The position numbers were made by a program, and so were the translations under genes. A DNA stretch of 64,000 nt from a virus (lineage: Duplodnaviria > Caudoviricetes), in IMG/VR virus record IMGVR_UViG_3300029305_005724, positions 32,001 to 96,000 of that record. One strand, 5' to 3'. Of the stretch, positions 58,363 through 64,000 are shown one piece after another. The stretch's first letter is position 1. Every line of letters begins with the position of its first letter. The notes under the pieces are model-generated. The model saw only the letters and a program-made list of their open reading frames with translations, searched no databases and had not been told where the DNA came from.

Positions 58363-60540
58363 TTACCAATATTTACTTAAATTACCGACATTAATAGTAT
58401 CCTTCATATACTCTTCTTCAGGATCGCTGTTAAAGTTTAAAAATACATCTGTTGGGATAGTTTGCACAGTAGTCTGTGCCTGAGGAACTACAACATGATA
58501 CCTATCAGCCAAAGTCTTCTGAACTAGTTTATCATTTAATAGTCTATCCATAGCAGCTTGATCTCTTGCTGTTTCAGACTTCATCCAATCTTCATATAAT
58601 TGACGACCAGGAGCATTTTCCAACTCTTCGAGCTGTTCATTAATCTCCTCATTATCAGAAATATCAAGAGTTTGAGTCATATCAGACTGGGGTTCACGAA
58701 TATCGGTTACGGCTTCTTCCAGATCTGCATCTGTTCTAAGCACACGTCTTGTGATACCCCAGTTGTTCATTAAGTCTCCACCTTTATAATATACATAAAG
58801 CGCCCATAGCCATGAAAATACTTGGTCGTCGTGAGTATTGGAACTGTGTTCGACTTTACCATTCTTTTTAACTTCCATGCCGCAGAGTTCTTCATATATT
58901 GTAGGTGAAATAATTTTATCTTTATGGTATTCTACACGATCTCTTAATATCTCAACGAGTTCTTCACGCTCTGCTTTTGTAGAATCAGATCCGTAAACTT
59001 TAGTTTTCTGTGTTCTCTTATGAATAGCAGATCCCATTATTCTTTCTTCAACAACCTTATCCTTAATTGTATAGAATAGATTTTTCTTGATTGAAGTTTG
59101 TAATAGGCGTGCTATAACACTAGATCCAAAACCGCCGTTACGTTCTATATTTACTACAGCATTGGGCAACCATTGAGAAACGATGTGGTGAATAACCATT
59201 GCTAATTCTGGTGTAGAAATAAAGTTGCTATTGAGTTCTGCAACTACTCTTGTACTATAAGAGTCTACTACCGTAATAGCAGATGAGTCTCTTTGATATC
59301 CTCCAGATACGTCAACACCAATAATCGGAGGATATTGAATATTGAATCTTTCAAATATCTTTAATTCATACTTGTTGAATAGAAGTATTGTATTAATCGG
59401 CTGTCTCAATAGACCTTTAATAGTATCAAGATCTTCAGCTCTAAAGGGAGAATTTTCAGAAGAATTCGACCATTCGAGAAGAACCTCGCGGCGGATATCA
59501 TCCCACTTCTTATTCATCGCCATGCAAAGCTGCTTGAACCACTGTTCAGTCTTACCAAGCTGCTGATATGTATACTTAATATATACGAATGTAGAATTCG
59601 TATTTGTCTCAATAATATTTTGAATTTGTTCCTTGCTAAGATCATACCATCTTTCGCTAAACGGAGTTGCAGCCTCTTTAAGGTTGAATGCCTCAATACC
59701 CTCATCTGTTGTAAGCATACCAGGAGTTGTTGTAATTAGCATACCATAAGGAGTTCCATTACGTCTAGCATTATTAGATGCAGTATTAAATGCAGGGACC
59801 ATGTTTGTATAAATAATCGTATTATACTGAATAAAGCCATACTCGTCTATATAAATTAAAGGCGTTGTACGACCACGCATTAGGCTGGCTGCTGCAACTT
59901 TGTTTCTTGCAGATGCTACTGTTCTAATACGGTTATTATTAACTGGGTGCTGCATAGTCTCTACGTTATTCTTTCCTCTAACCTTTACACCATCCGGTCC
60001 AAAGGCCTGGTCCATAACAAGATAACTTGGTAGCAGTTCACGTATATCTTTAATACGCTGCAAGTTTAATTTAGAGTCTTCAAATTTCTTATTTAAGAAT
60101 GTCATTTCAGCATTTGCCGTTCCAAAATTAAACAAATACAAATACCATGCAAGACTCGAAATAGTTTTACCTGTCTGACGAGGCTGCTCTAAGAAAATAT
60201 TCAAATTCATCATCAGACAGAAAAGAAGAGCTAAATTTCCACGGGTTAATTCGAATTTAACACCAGTCTTTTGACCAGAGTCTGGAATACGAACAACTTC
60301 TCTGAAAAAGTACCATGGATTATATATACATTCTCGTAAAACTTTTTGTTTCATGATCGAATTTAAATTAGGATCATGAGGATCAATTCTGGCCAAATCA
60401 GGATCTAGCAATACGAGCATAAATCTATAGTTTCCTATACCAGTTTCTTTCAAATAATTTGAAACTTCCAGGAAACTTTTATTAGTCGTACTCATATGAT
60501 AGTAGATTGTGGTCTGTGTTTTACCATACATTACGGCCAT
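58363..60540 (-). CDS. terL: Terminase large subunit
   Basis: PRQTGKT, IYIDEYGF, TTTPG, nuclease motif GVDVSGG..RDSS, IERNG and HDDQV. Confidence 0.93.
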   Translation of the reverse strand: MAVMYGKTQTTIYYHMSTTNKSFLEVSNYLKETGIGNYRFMLVLLDPDLARIDPHDPNLNSIMKQKVLRECIYNPWYFFREVVRIPDSGQKTGVKFELTRGNLALLFCLMMNLNIFLEQPRQTGKTISSLAWYLYLFNFGTANAEMTFLNKKFEDSKLNLQRIKDIRELLPSYLVMDQAFGPDGVKVRGKNNVETMQHPVNNNRIRTVASARNKVAAASLMRGRTTPLIYIDEYGFIQYNTIIYTNMVPAFNTASNNARRNGTPYGMLITTTPGMLTTDEGIEAFNLKEAATPFSERWYDLSKEQIQNIIETNTNSTFVYIKYTYQQLGKTEQWFKQLCMAMNKKWDDIRREVLLEWSNSSENSPFRAEDLDTIKGLLRQPINTILLFNKYELKIFERFNIQYPPIIGVDVSGGYQRDSSAITVVDSYSTRVVAELNSNFISTPELAMVIHHIVSQWLPNAVVNIERNGGFGSSVIARLLQTSIKKNLFYTIKDKVVEERIMGSAIHKRTQKTKVYGSDSTKAEREELVEILRDRVEYHKDKIISPTIYEELCGMEVKKNGKVEHSSNTHDDQVFSWLWALYVYYKGGDLMNNWGITRRVLRTDADLEEAVTDIREPQSDMTQTLDISDNEEINEQLEELENAPGRQLYEDWMKSETARDQAAMDRLLNDKLVQKTLADRYHVVVPQAQTTVQTIPTDVFLNFNSDPEEEYMKDTINVGNLSKYW

Positions 60541-60648
60541 AAGATTAGCCTCCTTTCTTATAAAATGAAAAGAGAAATTTTATATTAATTATAAGTTGGC
60601 TGCTAAAGAAAATATGAGGAGTCCGAAGACTCCTCATATCGTGTGTGT

Positions 60649-61470
60649 TTAGACCTTCTTTTTCAGACAATAATTCTGAATCTCATTTGCAATATGATTT
60701 TCGAGATTTACTATAAAAATATCTCCAGTTTTAGCTACAAGCCTAACCTGACTGCCATTATTAATAACAGTTGCAGACTCGTACAAGAAATCAATCTGAT
60801 TGATCAAAGATCTGATATTAGCAGATTCATTCTTAATATAGCTAAGCACGCTAGCATTTGTAATAGGAATAAGCAGTCCATTTTTATTCATAGATTCGAT
60901 AGGCTTATTAGCAAATCCTGCAGATTCTGTTACAAGCTTCGTAGTATATGCATGAGGATGAGAAGGATAGATAACTCTATCCCAAGTAATAACTTTAAGA
61001 TTTTGAACGACATTACGACCCTTAATAGTTTCAAGAGATCCAAGAGCTCTCAAAGACCAGCTAGGAAGAACTCCTTCTCTAAGATCCTGGTCAAATTCTT
61101 CACCAAGAGCATTATTTGTACCCTTAAAATGAGCCATAACATTATTTCCATCCATCCAAATCTTAAGGAAACGAGCTACGGTATTATTGGGATCAATAGT
61201 CTGCTGACGAATCATAGCACTATCCATAGGATGACCATTCTCGGACAGCATATTTCCCGTACTAAGCAATTCTTTTGTTCTTGCGCAATTTATTTCACGA
61301 AGAAGATCGTTATGAAGATAGCAGCGGCCATTTCTATTTTCTTCTTCTGCAGTTTGAATAATTCCTTCTCCAATTACTCTTTTGCCATTCTCAGAAATAA
61401 CCTTTGCTTCCTGAGCTTCCAAAGGAGCACTTTCGAGGATTACATATCCAATCGTTTTATTCATAGGCAT
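60649..61470 (-). CDS. Prohead core protease (T4 gp21-like)
   Basis: NRNGRCY, ENGHP, SWSLRALGS and ITWDRV..PS; late promoter at 61496-507. Confidence 0.88.
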   Translation of the reverse strand: MPMNKTIGYVILESAPLEAQEAKVISENGKRVIGEGIIQTAEEENRNGRCYLHNDLLREINCARTKELLSTGNMLSENGHPMDSAMIRQQTIDPNNTVARFLKIWMDGNNVMAHFKGTNNALGEEFDQDLREGVLPSWSLRALGSLETIKGRNVVQNLKVITWDRVIYPSHPHAYTTKLVTESAGFANKPIESMNKNGLLIPITNASVLSYIKNESANIRSLINQIDFLYESATVINNGSQVRLVAKTGDIFIVNLENHIANEIQNYCLKKKV

Positions 61471-61562
61471 TGTATACGCACCTCCTAGTTTCATTTATCG
61501 ATATGTTGGCAGTTTAAGACTTTTTAGGCATTAAAAAGATATTACAAAGCCAACGATATAAT

Positions 61563-61915
61563 GAGAGATTATTTCGATTACGGGTATGTAAGCGTGTGGA
61601 TACAGGTGATCGATACTTTTATCAAAATGTATTTTGCATTTGATAAGAGGACATCTCTTATATAAGTTTATTAAGAACTCGAGAGCTTAATAAACTTTGG
61701 GAGGATATGAAAGCTGAAGAAGTATATTTCGTAAATATATAGACCCTAAACTATATATTTGCTATAGCGATATATACGTCTTTTCTAGATTTGGAGGTGA
61801 TGGCCCAAATCTAGAGAAAATAATGAGATGACTAATGAATGAAATGTATGTAAGGTCCCTTTATACAGGGCCCGGCCTATAGGCTGAGTCTAAGCAGCCT
61901 ATAGGTTTTACTTTT
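61563..61915 (+). ncRNA. Candidate highly structured non-coding RNA
   Basis: AACG-N6-TG at 61552-63, then a run of long hairpins (61664-97, 61781-820, 61876-905 plus T-tract); no long ORF. Confidence 0.55.
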
Positions 61916-61933
61916 TAAAAATAACATATATTT

Positions 61934-62015
61934 GAAGCTCGTGAGATTTTTTCTTTTCTGGTTTTATTCCTTTCACCCGTGTACTCAGTCCTAGAGTGCA
62001 CGGGGCTTTTATTTT
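61934..62015 (+). ncRNA. Candidate ~80-nt small RNA with U-rich anti-SD tract
   Basis: AACA-N6-TG at 61923-34; ttattCCTTTc; terminator cccgtgtactc/gagtgcacggg plus T-run. Confidence 0.4.
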
Positions 62016-62093
62016 ATATAATAGCTATATATTATAAAAATAAGAAGTACGAAACTTCTTAATAAAAAAAAATAAATTTTGGAGGACTACGAA

Positions 62094-62684
62094 ATGGAAC
62101 ACATTGTAAGTTTTAAGAACAACAAGAAGCATGAATGTGATTGTGGCGAAAACTGTTCTTGTAATAAAAATACAGCTGTTGCTGCAAAAATCACATATCA
62201 AGAAGTAGCTATGGGCAAGATCAATCAGCTCATGGACTATGAGCAGACTCTATTCGAAGGAGTTCTTCCTAGAATGGAAGAAGCTCAGTTTAGAATTAGT
62301 GATGAAGGATATTTTGTAAGACCTAAGAATTGCGAAGCTCCGCAGCTTGCGGCTTATTTTCCTGCAATGGCTCTTCATGGTGTTAGCCACGAACCTCATA
62401 GTTGCGCAATGACTATGATTGCTGCTACGGATAAAGGTCTTAGGTATGCACTTCCTGAAGAAGATGGTAAGATTGCAGATGGTGGGCTTGTTTGTACACC
62501 TTGTATGATTGGAAATGCTCAGAGACCTAGTGCTCTTCTTATTCCTCTTGCTCATCCTGATATTGTTAGAGATGGCGTTGAGATTGCTATGCAGATTCAT
62601 AATAATATGCTGGATCAGATTGACGCTATGAAAAATGGATTGAGCGATAATGCGGAGCATATTGCTGTAAACATTCCTGATTAA
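62094..62684 (+). CDS. Hypothetical early protein with Cys-rich N-terminus
   Basis: ggagg then ATG 62094; terminator at about 62696-62737. Confidence 0.78.
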   Translation: MEHIVSFKNNKKHECDCGENCSCNKNTAVAAKITYQEVAMGKINQLMDYEQTLFEGVLPRMEEAQFRISDEGYFVRPKNCEAPQLAAYFPAMALHGVSHEPHSCAMTMIAATDKGLRYALPEEDGKIADGGLVCTPCMIGNAQRPSALLIPLAHPDIVRDGVEIAMQIHNNMLDQIDAMKNGLSDNAEHIAVNIPD

Positions 62685-62809
62685 GCTTTTATCATAAAGG
62701 CAGAAGTAGAAAAGGCTTCTGCCTTTATTTTTTTTTCTAAAGTCATTGAATTACTTTACTTGACGTCTAACTTATAAATAATCAAAAATAGAGGGAGGCG
62801 GCAACTAGC

Positions 62810-64000
62810 ATGAAACAAGCACAAGTTAAAGATATTAATAATAGATTGCATTGTCTTACCAAAATCAATAATGCTCAGTCACAGAATAAGAATCGTTCTT
62901 TTCTAGAAGGAGCACAATTTGTTTTGAAACAAAACAGACCAGGAGATATTAAGCGGCACATTGAGGCGGCCGCTTATTCAAATCGTGAAGTTCCATTTTA
63001 TGCAGTAATGGAACTATTCGATGCTTTAGCTATAAATGGGACTCCTAGCGATATTTCTAAAATGGCAAGCATTATTGCAGAAAATATTGTTCCTAAAACC
63101 AGAAATGCTAAAGAGATGCAAACTTTGATGAAACGCAAAAATACTTCTATTGCTCATAAAGTATATGCTAATTATGATCGTAAAGATGGCCATACAAGCG
63201 GAGGAATAAATTCTTCTAAAGCCGTAGCTGATCAGAAAAAAGCAGAACAAAATACTGCTGCTATCAAAGAAGGGTATCAAACCATTCTTGATGAAATCAA
63301 TATTTGTATTGCTTGCGATAGAGTTCTAGAAAACTATAATAGGATTTCGAAAAGATTTAATCTTGAGTATCTTATTAATGAAAATACAAAGCATAATGGT
63401 GTTAAAGACACCATAGTCGAATTATGCACAAGAATTGATACATATGAAATGCCAAATGCTGTAAAATTTAATACAGTTATTGAAACAGCGCTATATGGAT
63501 TCAGTCAGAATAATATTGAATTCAATAAATCTGATATTATAGAAACTGCATTGAATTACTTTGCGTTCAAGCCAAATGGTTTAAAAGAATGCGGAGAAGT
63601 TATGGATGCTACTATTTTCTATGATAAGGAATCTGATAGCAATGATAATATTAAAATGCTAATGGAAGATCAACCGGAAGATGATAGAAACGATATTCAA
63701 GAGCAGATTTCTGCATTTTATGCTGGAACAATTTCTGAATCTGTTGAATTCTCAGAATTATTCAATAAATTTAAGAAAGAAGAAGCATCTAAAGATGAAA
63801 AAACTCTTATGACTCGTTTTAAGTCATTAATTTCTAAGCTTTATGCTAGAAACGTAAATAGCGTTGTAGAAGACACCCCTGATCTTTTACAGTGGATTAG
63901 ATCTTTCTTTATTATTGGATCTGCTGCAATTCCGATCGTTGGCCCTATTTGTATGATTATAGGGTTTATTGCAGATAGATTTATTTCTATTCATATGAAT
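62810..64000 (+). CDS. Large hypothetical protein, truncated by the window end (absent from the ORF track)
   Basis: RBS gggagg, ATG 62810, frame open in the stretches read including the last bases; AACT-N6-TA at 62769 suggests a late/virion protein. Confidence 0.8.
   Translation, partial: MKQAQVKDINNRLHCLTKINNAQSQNKNRSFLEGAQFVLKQNRPGDIKRHIEAAAYSNREVPFYAVMELFDALAINGTPSDISKMASIIAENIVPKTRNAKEMQTLMKRKNTSIAHKVYANYDRKDGHTSGGINSSKAVADQKKAEQNTAAIKEGYQTILDEINICIACDRVLENYNRISKRFNLEYLINENTKHNGVKDTIVELCTRIDTYEMPNAVKFNTVIETALYGFSQNNIEFNKSDIIETALNYFAFKPNGLKECGEVMDATIFYDKESDSNDNIKMLMEDQPEDDRNDIQEQISAFYAGTISESVEFSELFNKFKKEEASKDEKTLMTRFKSLISKLYARNVNSVVEDTPDLLQWIRSFFIIGSAAIPIVGPICMIIGFIADRFISIHMN

Noticed and set aside
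26728-60540. Inteins, group I introns or homing endonucleases in polymerase, RNAP or terminase genes
   Set aside because: The ORFs are continuous and I saw no C...HN splice motifs or LAGLIDADG/HNH/GIY-YIG signatures.
1-64000. Nucleus-forming phage markers (chimallin, PhuZ)
   Set aside because: Not recognisable in this window, so a nuclear-import reading of the peptide motif remains an unsupported alternative.

Overview
This is a 64-kb AT-rich segment of a tailed jumbo phage of the phiKZ/AR9(PBS1)-like type, in the standard genetic code. Strong GGAGG ribosome-binding sites and a LysM+3D protein suggest a Firmicute host. Replication and transcription genes include fragmented multisubunit RNA polymerases (three large beta/beta' halves plus two small, divergent second-copy fragments, probably virion RNAP), a family-B DNA polymerase split into two genes 21 kb apart, a type IIA topoisomerase A subunit, an NAD-dependent ligase, a RecA/UvsX-like recombinase, SbcC/Rad50 and an SF2 helicase. 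Morphogenesis genes include portal, tail tube, tail sheath, fibre-like proteins, a neck protein, terminase and prohead protease. Two promoter motifs recur: ATATTAT-N6-G (early-type) and AAC[A/T/G]-N6-T[A/G] (late-type). Main observations: (1) a short linear peptide motif, roughly [LFIM]-[IY]-[EDQK]-P-[MF]-x-[FIY], appears on tails and insertions of about 12 unrelated proteins, including most replication/transcription enzymes, but not on the core structural proteins; a candidate PCNA-like clamp gene sits next to the polymerase. (2) Several short non-coding units (late promoter to terminator) carry antisense copies of RBS+ATG translation-initiation regions, one with five such modules in tandem. 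(3) A 17-bp iteron-like tandem array lies beside a structured RNA, and there is a riboswitch-like leader and an acidic, armless tandem HU-like protein. All calls come from reading motifs by eye; no database search or folding computation was run.
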